A DNA stretch of 42,587 nt from Octopus bimaculoides. Taxonomy: Eukaryota. The translations under genes and the position numbers were made by a program. The DNA lies in contig NC_068995.1 of NCBI RefSeq assembly GCF_001194135.2, positions 52,142,343 through 52,184,929 of the forward strand, given 5' to 3'. A model generated the notes under the pieces. The model was given only the letters and a program-made list of their open reading frames with translations. It was not told the DNA's origin and ran no database searches. Numbering within the stretch: position 1 is the stretch's first letter; every line of letters begins with the position of its first letter. Shown piece after piece: positions 1 through 11,000 of this stretch.

Positions 1-64
<64 letters not shown>

Positions 65-80
65 TGTAAGTGTGTGTGTG
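1..80. repeat. (TG)n microsatellite
   Basis: Pure TG run from 1 to about 58, then degenerate to about 80. Confidence 0.95.
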
Positions 81-469
81 CGCGCGCTCGCTTTCGTGTG
101 CTTGCGTGCGCATGTTTGTGTTCGTGTTTGTGTGTGTGTCTGGGTGCGTGATCAAGCACATGCAAACATAGTATAATACTTACGATTGGCAACATACACT
201 TCCTACCAACTCACGACCTGGAGTTAGCTTCGCCCAAGTCTTTTGTTCTTCTTCAGTTCGGAAATATCCTGGAAACTTTATCCTTCCAATATATTCCGGA
301 GTAGAAGTATCCACAAATGTTCTATAAAAAAAAAGACGATATAGACAATCATTTACTTGGCCCCCTCCTGGCCTTGTATCACTTATCTAAAAGCAGACCC
401 CTGCCTGCCCCCGACCAACGGGAAAAAAATTATGCTACAAAATTCGTGTTGCTACATGGAATGTCCTGT

Positions 470-2620
470 AACTCCTTCGCTCAAGTGCAACCACTCTGCT
501 GTACCGAGAGCTATCCCACTACAACATCACCCTGGCGGGATTCTACGAGATGCGCTGGCTTGGCAGTGGCGAATTCATCGCAGGAAACCACTGTCTCATC
601 TGAACCGGATAGACCTCTGCGGTGTGGCAGTGACCATGCCCATAACCCCTTAGAGGTCGCAGAGAACACAATCAAGGACAACTACGATCAGTTCCAATAG
701 GTTTTAGGGCAAATCTCGCCCCCACGACATCACGATTATCCTGACGGATACCAATGTTACTGTTTCCTCTTCCGCCCAGCCCACTTCGACTGATTCATTC
801 CGGACATAACTCTCGCCGACCCATTCACCAATAACAACGGTTATCGCTGACTGATCCTATGCCGCTTCTACAACCTTTATATCGCTGACACCTGTTTCCC
901 TCGCAGACTTATCCCCCACTGGACTTGGTACAGCCCAGACTATTACACGTGGAAGACGATCGACTAAATCATCATCACTCGCCGCTGGAGGCGAGGCGAC
1001 ATGAATGAGTACTGCCGGCTTAGCCGAATACGCAACAACGCCATCTCAGATGACTGGGAGAAGTTCTGGGTGGAAGAAGCCGAAGAGGCAGCAACAAAAA
1101 ACAATGACATTAGCCAGGTATTCAACAAGCTCTGCAGAGTCAGTGCCAGTTCCCAGTTCAAAGCAGCCTTGGTGAAGGATGCTAATGGCAACGCCATCAC
1201 CACTTAAACTGTCTTGAACGCTGAAAGTGCTTCAGCCTTCTTCTTCTTCGTCACCCACCTGTCCCAATCGATTACAGCCTATGCGTCACTGCAGTCACAG
1301 CCACAACCATCGATACTGGCGGGCTCGATCCTGTCAGCCCCGACGAAGTCAATGCCAACCTCAAGAAGCTCGACAACCGCAAAACCCCTGGAATCTGCTC
1401 TATCACGACGGAGATATTGAATACGGGCGGAGGAAACATGATCCAGTGGCTCACTTGCATTATCAGCCATGTACAGGTACAGAGCACCTCCGACATGACA
1501 GGACCGAGGGCATCGTCCTCTCCTTCTGGAGAAACTCATCTGCAGCAACCACAGGGGCATCAGACTCCTCTCCATCGCAGACAAACTCTTCACCAGGATC
1601 CTCCTCAGCCGTGCTCTTCTGACCATTAGAAGAAGATGCTGCCCACAAAAAACTAGATTTATGCCGAATCGATCTATTTTTGTCCTTTGTCTCATCATTA
1701 AAAGACCTCAGGAATTCCGCAAAATCGCCACCTCTACGCTGCCTTTGTCAACGTCAAGGTCAGCCTCAAGGTCGACCACACCTCCCTCTGGAAAGTTCAT
1801 AAAGTCGTTGGCAATCCTCCCAAGATCACTGCCCTGTTCCAACGGCTCTATAGTAGTGCAGAGAGTTGCTGTTGGCGAATGGGAAGGGCTCTGACTGGTT
1901 TCCATCAACAGCATGGTCAAACAGTGCTGCGTGACTGCCCCAGACATCTTCAACTGTGTCAACGATTATCAGCTGACCAAGATTTGTGAGTGGGTCACTG
2001 GCGTTGCCTTCAGTAATTACAACCTTACCAACCTGGACGATGCGGACAATATCACCTTGGTCGACCAGATCAGGGATGCACTGACCATATACAGAGAAGA
2101 ATCAGCAACGCTTAGCCTGCAGGTAGCGAAGACCAAGCTGACGCATGTCGGAGATGGCTAGGACCCTCCCTTCTCCATACCTGGGCTTCAGAGTCCCCAA
2201 CAATGGAGAACTGACTCTGGATGTCAACTGCAGATGTAGTCTGGCCGCCAAAGTCTTGTACTCCTTATGGCAGCCCCTTTGGCGCCACCTGTCTATCTCC
2301 TGGAAGACGAATCTCCGCTCTCAACATTCTCCTTTATGCAGCAGAAACGTGGACCCTCTTGAAAACCCTGGCAAAAAGGATCGATGTTTTCGATAACAGA
2401 GCTCTGAGAGTCATCGAGAACTTCAGATGATACCGTCACGTTCCCAACAAAGAACTGCATGCGCGAACGCATCAGCCCACAGCCTCCCACTTAAATAGCT
2501 ATCCACCGCATGCGCTGGTACGGACATGTCCTCCGCCTCCCACTGGGTCATCCTACCAGGGCTTCACTTTCATTCAACGCAAGAGCAAGAAGCAAGCAGT
2601 AAGACCTGCAGTTCCGGACA
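470..2620 (+). mobile_element. Degenerate RTE-clade LINE (APE endonuclease N-terminus plus reverse transcriptase), with internal deletions, frameshifts and stops
   Basis: Translated pieces: LLYRELSHYNITLAGFYEMRWLGSGE (APE N-terminus, ~500-580); EEAEEAATKNND..VKDANG (1001-1207); KTPGIC..GGGNMIQWL (RT domain 0); VKQCCVTAPDIFN (GVRQGC-like); LDDADNI (decayed YADD); LLYAAETWTL..RIDVFDNRALRVI (RTE C-terminus). Boundaries approximate. Confidence 0.85.
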
Positions 2621-2860
2621 AAATAACTTACACGATTTGGTTGCGTCCCATTACAGTCTAAGTTTAAATCATATTAACGTCCTTCTTGTTTTTCCTCGTT
2701 CACGGGACATTGAAAATATTTTGGAATCGCCTTGATTGACTACACCTGTGCCCCAATAAGTTTCACCTTGTGGCATGTCTGAAGCCATTGTTTGCAAAAT
2801 TATGAAGTTACGGATTGTCAGATACGAAGGAACGACGAAATAAATTACTTTGTAAACATT

Positions 2861-2996
2861 TAGTTAAGTCCCTTTATAAACTAAATTAGTTTGTAATATA
2901 TAGTTAAGTCCCTTTATAAACTAAATTGGTTTGTAATATATAGTTAAGTCCCTTTACAAACTAAATTGGTTTGTAATATATAGTTATGTCCCTTTA
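2861..2996. repeat. 40-bp minisatellite, about 3.4 copies (TAGTTAAGTCCCTTTAYAAACTAAATTRGTTTGTAATATA)
   Basis: Units start at 2861, 2901, 2941 and 2981, head to tail with no spacers. Confidence 0.95.
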
Positions 2997-3103
2997 AATT
3001 TAGTGTTGCAAACACGAAAATAGAACTTGAAACAAGTATGTAAGCGTTTTATTATTAATAACCAGTGTGAAAATTTCGAGTTACTGACCACCTCAAGCCC
3101 ATT

Positions 3104-3427
3104 TCAAGCAGCCTCCTGGTAATCCGAAATTCTTAGCAGAACTTTATTTCCAATACTGAACTGATGATCGTGTTTTCTATCGTATTGTTCTTTTTGAACG
3201 GAATGAGCTTTTCTAATATTGGAGGCAACTCGAGAAATGATACTGTCTCGAATAGCTGTCATAACATCCATTTCCAAAACTGTCCCGATCTTTGGCAGTT
3301 GGGTTGTGCTGCAGTTCAACTGGAAGTGTAGCTTGACTGTTATATAAAATTTGAAACGGGATAAAATGTGCTGAAGAATGTCTGGCTGTTCGATACGCAA
3401 ACAGAACTGCCGGTAAGCATCCAACCC
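3104..3427 (-). mobile_element. Ty3/Gypsy integrase C-terminal fragment
   Basis: Two overlapping frames give CLPAVLFAYRTARHSSAHFIPFQILYNSQATLPVEL and NIRKAHSVQKEQYDRKH..FSIGNKVLLR, which match the end of the Gypsy integrase core and the GPY/F region. Confidence 0.8.
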
Positions 3428-3590
3428 AGTACAGCAGGGTTCGCCACCCCCACCCCCCTGCTGGAGCTTCGTGGAGCTTTACGTGATTTCGCTCAATAAA
3501 CACACACTACGCCCGGTGTGGGAATCGAAACCGCGATCCTACGACCGCGAGTCCGCTGCCCAAACCACTGGGCCATTGCGCCTCCACATT
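3428..3590 (-). mobile_element. tRNA-derived SINE family B, 5' part
   Basis: Reverse complement matches the head of the copy at 4003-4383, including A-box and B-box-like motifs. Confidence 0.85.
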
Positions 3591-3799
3591 AAAGTAGTAA
3601 AACCATTGAATAAAAGGCTTACCGTGACTGTCTCAGCTGCACAATTTCCATAACAAAAATTGCAATCACAGATACCAATACCTGTTGGAAACAAAAATGA
3701 ATTTCTTTGAGGGATTTTTTTTTAAAGAAACGAAACTTTGATTACGTTTACCTATTTTCAACTAAACAATAATTTCCACTTGTGATGGTCAGCATTGAC

Positions 3800-4002
3800 A
3801 TATAATTGCTACCAATTTTGGCACACGGGGAGAGAGGGAGTCGATGTAATTAACTCCATTAATTAACGGCTTGATTGCTTTATTTCAACGACCCCGAAAG
3901 GGTTGAAAGGCAAAGTTGACTTCAGTAATATTCGAACTCAGAACGTAAATAGCCGAAAGACATATCACTTAGCATTTTTCCCGATGCAATAAAGATTCTA
4001 CC
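3800..4002 (-). repeat. Short interspersed repeat family D (host of the family B insertion; remainder at 4396-4410)
   Basis: Shares the GTTCTGAGTTCRAAT..GTCRACTTTGCCTTTCA core with many copies in the window. Confidence 0.7.
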
Positions 4003-4383
4003 AGTGGAGGCGCAATGGCCCAGTGGTTAGGGAAGCGAACTCGCGGTCATTGGATCGCGGTTTCGATTCCCAGACCGGGTGTTGTGAGTGTTTATTGAGC
4101 GAAAACACCTAAAGCTCCACGAAGCTCTGGTGGCGGACCCTGCTGTACTCTTTCACCACAACTTTCTCTCACTCTTACTTCCTGTTTCTGTTGTGCCTGT
4201 AATTCAAAGGGTCAGCCTTGTCACACTGTGTCACGCTGAATATCCACGAAAACTACGCTAAGGGTACACGTGTCTGTGGAGTGCTCAGCCACTTGCATGT
4301 TAATTTCACGAGCAGGCTGTTCCGTTGATCTGATCAACTGGAACCCTCGACGTCGTAAGCAACGGAGTGCCAACAACAACAAC
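4003..4383 (+). mobile_element. Full-length tRNA-derived SINE family B with 12-bp target-site duplication
   Basis: A box TGGCCCAGTGG, B box GGTTTCGATTCC, (CAA)n tail. AAAGATTCTACC is repeated at 3991-4002 and 4384-4395. Confidence 0.9.
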
Positions 4384-5107
4384 AAAGATTCTACCTTGAT
4401 TGCCACCCTCAATGTCCACAAATAATAATTTCAAATTCATGCACAAGGCCAGCAATTATCACAGGAGCGGGCAAGTCAGTTATATTGATCTCAGTACTCG
4501 TCTGGTACTTATTTTCCAACCCCGAAAGGATGAGAGACAAAATTGACCTCGGCGGAATTTCAACTCAGAATGTGAAGACGAACAAAAGCTACGTTAAAGA
4601 TACACGTGTTTGTGGAGTACTCAGCCAGTTGCACGTTAATTTTACGAACATGCTGTTCTGCCGATCGGGTCGACTACAACTCTCGTCGTCATAACCGACG
4701 GAGTGCCAGTTTTATCCACCATAGTAATCGTCAGCTGGTTACACGGTCTTACTTCTAAACCCATTAAAGTTAAACCATCAACGATGAATATTATAATTTT
4801 TTACATTTTCTTAGCACCTAAAGGCCCTGATTATATTTCTCCGATTATATTGCTTATTTTGTTACTAATTTTAATGGTATACCTGAAGTATATTATAAAT
4901 ATCAAGTATTATAAATATCAAGTATTTATTCAACGCAAAATTCTTTATAATATCATTAACATTAAATTTAAAATCTGTCCCCAAAAATGGGTCATTGGCT
5001 GTTAATGAGTTACAGTTTAATTTTAATTAGGCGAAAAGACATCATATTATGAATAAGTATAGTTTTTATATTAGTCGAGCTGGTATCATCATCTTGATTG
5101 TTGCTTT

Positions 5108-5150
5108 TACTATGTTTTGGCTGTTGTATTTTCCAGCCTTCTTCAGGTGT
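5108..5150 (-). ncRNA. Degenerate minimal type-I hammerhead ribozyme motif (Penelope-like element remnant)
   Basis: Minus strand reads CTGAAGA-A-GGCTG-loop-CAGCC-AAAA-CAT, i.e. the CGAAACGT box after two CpG transitions. Confidence 0.5.
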
Positions 5151-5879
5151 CTTGTGTTCAACTCACTTGTATTGGAATTTCGAACCTAACCCTTTGTTTG
5201 ATCCATGGAAATACACTGTTCTTATTCCGTTCACAGCCTTTCGTAACATTTTTTGTTTCAGCTAATTTTTTTTTTTTTTTTTTTTTTTTGTGAATTACCT
5301 TAGTGCCTTGCTGGGATAGAACATTATATAGTGTAGTGGATTAAAGATGTTGGTTAATGCAATGCAGGCACCTAGAAGTTTTGAGTTCAATCTCAAGGCT
5401 TTGCATCATCCGTGACTATAGTAGAAAACACTTGCCCATGATGTGATGTAACAGAATGGGACTGAACCTGAAACTACATTTTCTAAACTAAAGACTATGG
5501 TATGCAATGTGCTCTTCACTCCCTTTTATGACTATAATTTGAGAGCCGTTTGCCTGAGTGACATTGCAGTGGCTTCCCCCGTTTGTCTTCAAAACGGGAA
5601 GAATAATAAGCCATCTAGCAAGCCAAATGTGAACAGAAAGAAAGAAAGAAGATAAAATGAAAGAGATAGGAAGAGGGGAAAGAGTCAAAGGAGAAAGAAA
5701 ATGAAAAACATTTCAACTCAGACCAGCAAATGGATCCAGTTTTTGGAAAGAAATTCTTTGAATTTGAATGCCATCGCCTGAAAAAAGACACAAAAATGAA
5801 AATGGTCTATAAATGATTAAAGTCATACTGTAAATACATACGTTTATAAATGTGCACACATATACACAAGCACACACGC

Positions 5880-5940
5880 ATACACATACATACACGCATA
5901 CTCACACATACATACATACATACATACATACATACATACA

Positions 5941-5970
<30 letters not shown>
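5880..5970. repeat. (TACA)n microsatellite
   Basis: Tandem TACA run. Confidence 0.9.
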
Positions 5971-5971
<1 letters not shown>

Positions 5972-6092
5972 CCGGATTTGTATGACTGTATAGAAGATTA
6001 TATTAACCAATAAAATTCCAACCTAGTCAGATTTTCCCGTTTAATTATTTACAATTTTTACAATATTATAAAAAATAGGATATTATATATTT

Positions 6093-6195
6093 GTGGAGGC
6101 GCAATGGCCCAGTGGTTAGGGAAGCGGACTCGCGGTCATAGGATCGCGGTGCTCCAGCATGGCCGCAGTCGAATGACTGAAACAAGTAAAAGAGA
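6093..6195 (+). mobile_element. Chimeric SINE: family B tRNA head fused to family A 3' tail
   Basis: 6093-6150 matches the family B head; 6146-6195 matches the family A tail; they overlap at GCGGT. Confidence 0.8.
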
Positions 6196-7149
6196 AAAAA
6201 AAAGAAAGAATTTTATAATGTTTGTTTCTTTTCTTCAAACTCGCCGCGTACTGGCAGCTGATGGTTCGTGGTCAGGTACCGGTCCGCGGACCGCCACTTT
6301 GAGTAGCACTTGCTTAGAAGACATAGTTTGATGAATGTACCAACTTGGTTAGTATTTATCCTGCTTTTTCCGACGAAATATTTTAGCCAATTAGCGTGCG
6401 GCTTAGACGTCACATCAAGGATTTACTTTGACTGCATTTAAAGGGATAATTGTTTGGCCATGTTTAGGAATGTTGTAAACAACATTACTGTTTTCTTTGA
6501 ATTCTATTACTACTATTCTTACAATTTTCCATGAATATAAAACACGTCTCGCACAAAATGACAGCTTCCAAATCCTGTTTCTTGACTGGATGAAAATTAT
6601 CAAACTTTAAACCTATTTAACTTCTTTCTTTCAAAAAATTTTCTGGATAAAGTGAGATACTTCCTAAGATTTTGCTTGGAAATCTACAAAACACTCACAA
6701 TTCCGTTGCGAAGTCCTCAGTTTGTTCAGAAAGGTCTCTGAATGTGAATGCAATACTGTCTGCATGTTTATTAGATTGGTGCATAATTATTGCGGTTTTT
6801 TTTTTTTCAATAAATTTTATTCTACAAAAAATTTTAACAAAACGCTAAGAAGAAATTGAAGTAGATGGTGAATATGCTCCGGAATAATCATTTAAAAACG
6901 TTTTTCTTAAATGTTGTTATCGTTTTTCTTGAATAAAATTTTTTGAAAAAAAGCCGCAATAATTACGCGCCAACCTAATATTTCTGACCCCACCACCCGC
7001 CACGGCTTCCCACTTCATCCTATAAGTCACACTGGACTCACTAGCTTTGTGAGTTCTCCCGGCTGTAGATAGTCTCGGGCGGCAGACAACTAGGTGGCGA
7101 TCAGTTGATAGTTCTGCCCTTCTCTTTACATAAATATCTGTAGTGAAAC

Positions 7150-7350
7150 TACCTATCGCCATTAGATACAAAACTACTATCGCCATTACATACAATCTTC
7201 TCATTTAAATATAAATAAATGCGAGCGTAGTAGAGAACCCATTCCTTGTCATCACGTGACTGATTATTATTCGAATCGGCAACTTCTTCGAACCGTTCCC
7301 GCCAGAACGCAAACTGACCAATCACAGCCCCTAATAAGGTCACGTGATAG
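7150..7350. promoter_or_regulatory. Probable CpG-rich promoter: two inverted E-box/CLEAR-like sites, CCAAT box, E2F-like site, two YY1-like ATGGCG sites
   Basis: ATCACGTGAC 7251-7260, GTCACGTGAT 7339-7348, TTCCCGCC 7296-7303, CCAAT 7318-7322, and TAATGGCGATAG twice on the minus strand (~7154-7189). A minus-strand GTGAGT donor follows at 7041-7036. Confidence 0.55.
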
Positions 7351-9034
7351 AGTAAAATTCTGAAGCCATCGGGAGCTCATAGTTTGTTATAAATAGATTT
7401 AACTCATACCCCACAATTTGTCTCGGTCCAGTTTCTCTCAGAGACTGTTCCGGGATCTTTTTTAAAACGGGGGCCACATTTTTCATTAATGTTTTACGTA
7501 GTGTTTTTGGTACCGAAAGACTTTCAAACTTCGTATACTTATCTATTTTGTGTTATAGAACAGAAAAATATNNNNNNNNNNNNNNNNNNNNNNNNNNNNN
7601 NNNNNNNNNNNNNNNNNNNNNNNNNNNNNNNNNNNNNNNNNNNNNNNNNNNNNNNNNNNNNNNNNNNNNNNNNNNNNNNNNNNNNNNNNNNNNNNNNNNN
7701 NNNNNNNNNNNNNNNNNNNNNNNNNNNNNNNNNNNNNNNNNNNNNNNNNNNNNNNNNNNNNNNNNNNNNNNNNNNNNNNNNNNNNNNNNNNNNNNNNNNN
7801 NNNNNNNNNNNNNNNNNNNNNNNNNNNNNNNNNNNNNNNNNNNNNNNNNNNNNNNNNNNNNNNNNNNNNNNNNNNNNNNNNNNNNNNNNNNNNNNNNNNN
7901 NNNNNNNNNNNNNNNNNNNNNNNNNNNNNNNNNNNNNNNNNNNNNNNNNNNNNNNNNNNNNNNNNNNNNNNNNNNNNNNNNNNNNNNNNNNNNNNNNNNN
8001 NNNGTAATAACATACACACATGTATCACTCACATACACACTTTTCTTTGTATGACGGCCTGTCTTTGATTATGTTCTTATATGTCGCATTCACACTCACA
8101 CACAGACATACATCTTTAACGCTACAATAAATATCTCTGTTATACATCTTATACGGTTGTGGTTTTTCATTACTGGTCATCTATGTTATCGTCGCATAAC
8201 ATATCATATATATCATCTTTGATATATATATTTGTATGTTCGACCGTGTGACGCGTTTAAATAAAAGGAGTCCTCTGTTTTTTCCATTCGTCACCATTTC
8301 TCCTTTTTGAGTTCGCACGGTCGTCCCTTACATATCCATCACCGAATAAAAAATGTCAAAATCTATCAGAGACCGCTCTCCCAAAGTATTCCTGCACCAG
8401 ATATACTTATGGATATCCCTGTGTAGGAAGAATATGTTCATAATGGAGAACTCGTAATGTGTGTAATAGAGAATGTGATGTGTTTTTTTCCGTATATGAG
8501 TGAATGTGTATGTGTAAATATAACTGTCTGTGCGTATGGGTATGATTGTGTGCGCATAAGAGCGTGAATGTGGACTGGGGTGCGCGTGTCTGTGTCATCG
8601 TGTAGGTGAACGTGTATGTGTGTGGTTTGTATTCAGAACACAGTTTTTTGTTACAGGCTGGAAGGAGAACGGAGGAAAACTAGAGCCTGAAATAATGAAA
8701 AAAAAACTTTTGGTTATGTGTTTTTCTTACATAAAAAAGGTCAACAGCTTTCTTGCTGTATCGTCTGGCGCGACCATGAATAAATTGCATTTTTTAATAG
8801 AACCAAAATGGTTTCTAACTTGTTTTAAAGTTTGTCTACGAAGAAATAAAAATTATATGAATGGGTAACCTTATTTTGTCTTAGTATTAAAATGAAAATT
8901 TTTCACTGAGAACCTAGTAACCGAATTACTCCCATCCTTAAAATTTCTAGCATTACTTCCGGTTAGAAACAATAAAGAGTCGATGAGGTGGTGGAGGTGT
9001 GAAATATGTTCGCTGGGATGGTAAAAGCTAATAT

Positions 9035-9410
9035 AGGCGCTGGAGTGGCTGTGTGGTAAGTAGCTTGCTTACCAACCACATGGTTCCGGGTTCAGTCCCA
9101 CTGCGTGGCACCTTGGGCAAGTGTCTTCTACTTGTGGGTGGATTTGGTAGACAGAAACTGAAAGAAGCTCGTGGTATATATGTATATATATGTGTGTGTG
9201 TGTGTATATGCTTGCGTATCTGCCCCCCCCCCCCAACATCGCTTGACAACCGATGCTGATGTGTTTACGTCCCGGAAACTTAGCGGTTCGGCAAAAGGAA
9301 CCGATAGAATAAGTACTAGGCTTACAAAGAATAAGTCCTGGGGTCGATTTGCTCTACTAAAGGCGGTGGTCCAGCATGGCCACAGTCAAATGATTGAAAC
9401 AAGTAGAAGA
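9035..9410 (+). mobile_element. tRNA-derived SINE family A (internal TA/TG microsatellite), near full length
   Basis: Head GGAGTGGCTGTGTGGTAAG..GGTTCAGTCCC and tail CCAGCATGGCC..GAAACAAGTA are shared with many copies here. Confidence 0.9.
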
Positions 9411-10039
9411 AAGAAAAGAAAAGAAAATTTACTTGGACTTATAATAAGGCAGTGGGTATAGGGAAAATGCGAGGTGGGTCAGGTTGAAATGCCCGTGCTT
9501 ATAGATCTGTGAGCAGGGTTAAACAACATCTACAGCTAAACCACTTTGCTATGAGCCAACCTGGGGTCCCCCGTGCGGTCACTTGACATGCTAGAAATAG
9601 CAGATAAACCTTCTTCAGATCACTCTTCCCTAAACTGGAAATGTGTGCGTGTGTGTTATGATGAAGTGGCAATGACAAACCAAAGTTATGACGAAGAATT
9701 AGGAAAATGAGATGAGATAACAGAAACGATTGTCATAATGACTTATAAAAATAACAGGATAATTATGAAATTAAGATAGGATTTTTTTAAGGCTAAAGAA
9801 AGAACGGTAATAGTAAATCAGGAATGATCGTTAAAAATGAGTTTATAAGTAGTTATGATAAAAATTAATGATTAAAACAATATACAGGGGTGGTACTAAA
9901 GCAGGTATGCAGTTATGAAAAAAGAGAACACATGAAAAAAGTTACGATAAAAATATTATTATAGTTATGATAAATGTATTACTATGATTAATGACACTGA
10001 AGATATCAAAAATTAGACTAACTTATTTAATGAACTAAG

Positions 10040-10470
10040 TATTCTTTTCTACTCTAGGTACAAGGCCCGAAATTTTTGGAGAGGGGGTGGCCAATCGATT
10101 AGATCAACCCCAGTACGCAACTGGTGCTTCATTTATCGACCCCAAAAGGAAAACTCGACCTCGGCGGAATTTGAACTCAGAACGAAAAGAGAGACGAAAT
10201 ACCGCTAAGCATTTCGCCCGGCATGCTAACGTTTTTTTTATTTCATTTTTGCCTACAAGGGGCTAAACATAGAGGGGACAAACAAGGACAGACAAAGGGA
10301 TTAAGACGATTACATCGTCCCCAGTGCGTAACTGGTACTTAATTTATCGATCCCGAAAAGATGAAAGGCAAAGTCGACCTCGGCGGAATTTGAACTCAGA
10401 ACGTAACGACAGACGAATTACCGCTAAGCATTTCGCCCGGCGTTGTAACGTCTCTGCCAGCTCCGCGCCG
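10040..10470 (-). repeat. Two tandem family D repeats with CpGs retained
   Basis: Two copies of GACCTCGGCGGAATTTGAACTCAGAAC..CCGCTAAGCATTTCGCCCGG. Confidence 0.8.
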
Positions 10471-10616
10471 CCTTTATTGAATTAAGTATTATAACATGGA
10501 CATGATACTTTTGCACGCACACACGCACCCCTGTGTGTATACACAATGACAAATATAAAAACGCAGAAACTGATGTTATGCTGAAGTTATGACGTAGAAA
10601 CAATGATAAAATGAAA

Positions 10617-11000
10617 GGAGTCGTTGTATGGTTTGCTTCCCAACCACATGGTTCCGGGATCAATCCCACGGCATGTCATTGGATAAGTATCTTTTAGTAT
10701 AGCCACGGGCCGAAAAAGACTTCTGAGGATTTAGTGGACGGAAACTAAAAGAAACCCGTTGTACGTACGTACGAATGTACGTGTGTGTGTGTGTGCGCGC
10801 GCGCGCCCACCACTGTTTGACAACCTATGTTGGTTTGTTGGCGTCCTCGTGATATAGCGGTTCAGCAAAAAGTGTCCGATACAATAAGCGTAGGAAATAT
10901 TTTTTTTAAATACAGCAATAAGTACTGGGGTCGATACGTCCGACTAAACTCTTCAAAGTTGTGCCCCAGAATGACCGCAGACCAATAATTACTGAACCGA
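10617..11000 (+). mobile_element. Diverged SINE family A copy
   Basis: CCAACCACATGGTTCCGGG head, internal microsatellite, GCGGTTCAGCAAAA and GGGGTCGAT tail motifs. Confidence 0.75.

Noticed and set aside
317-700. 127-aa and 98-aa ORFs at the window start as genes
   Set aside because: They are off-frame readings over the decayed LINE endonuclease region.
2861-2996. CRISPR-like array (palindromic repeat of similar size)
   Set aside because: Units are head to tail with no unique spacers, there are no cas genes, and the context is eukaryotic.
4004-4075. tRNA genes at A-box/B-box sequences (also 6093, 9041, 13158, 28468)
   Set aside because: Each continues into a shared non-tRNA body and tail and lacks a complete cloverleaf, so they are SINE heads.
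7489-8054. Long ORFs containing X runs (also around 14093, 19227, 24662, 30864 and 40022)
   Set aside because: They are artefacts of translating N gaps.
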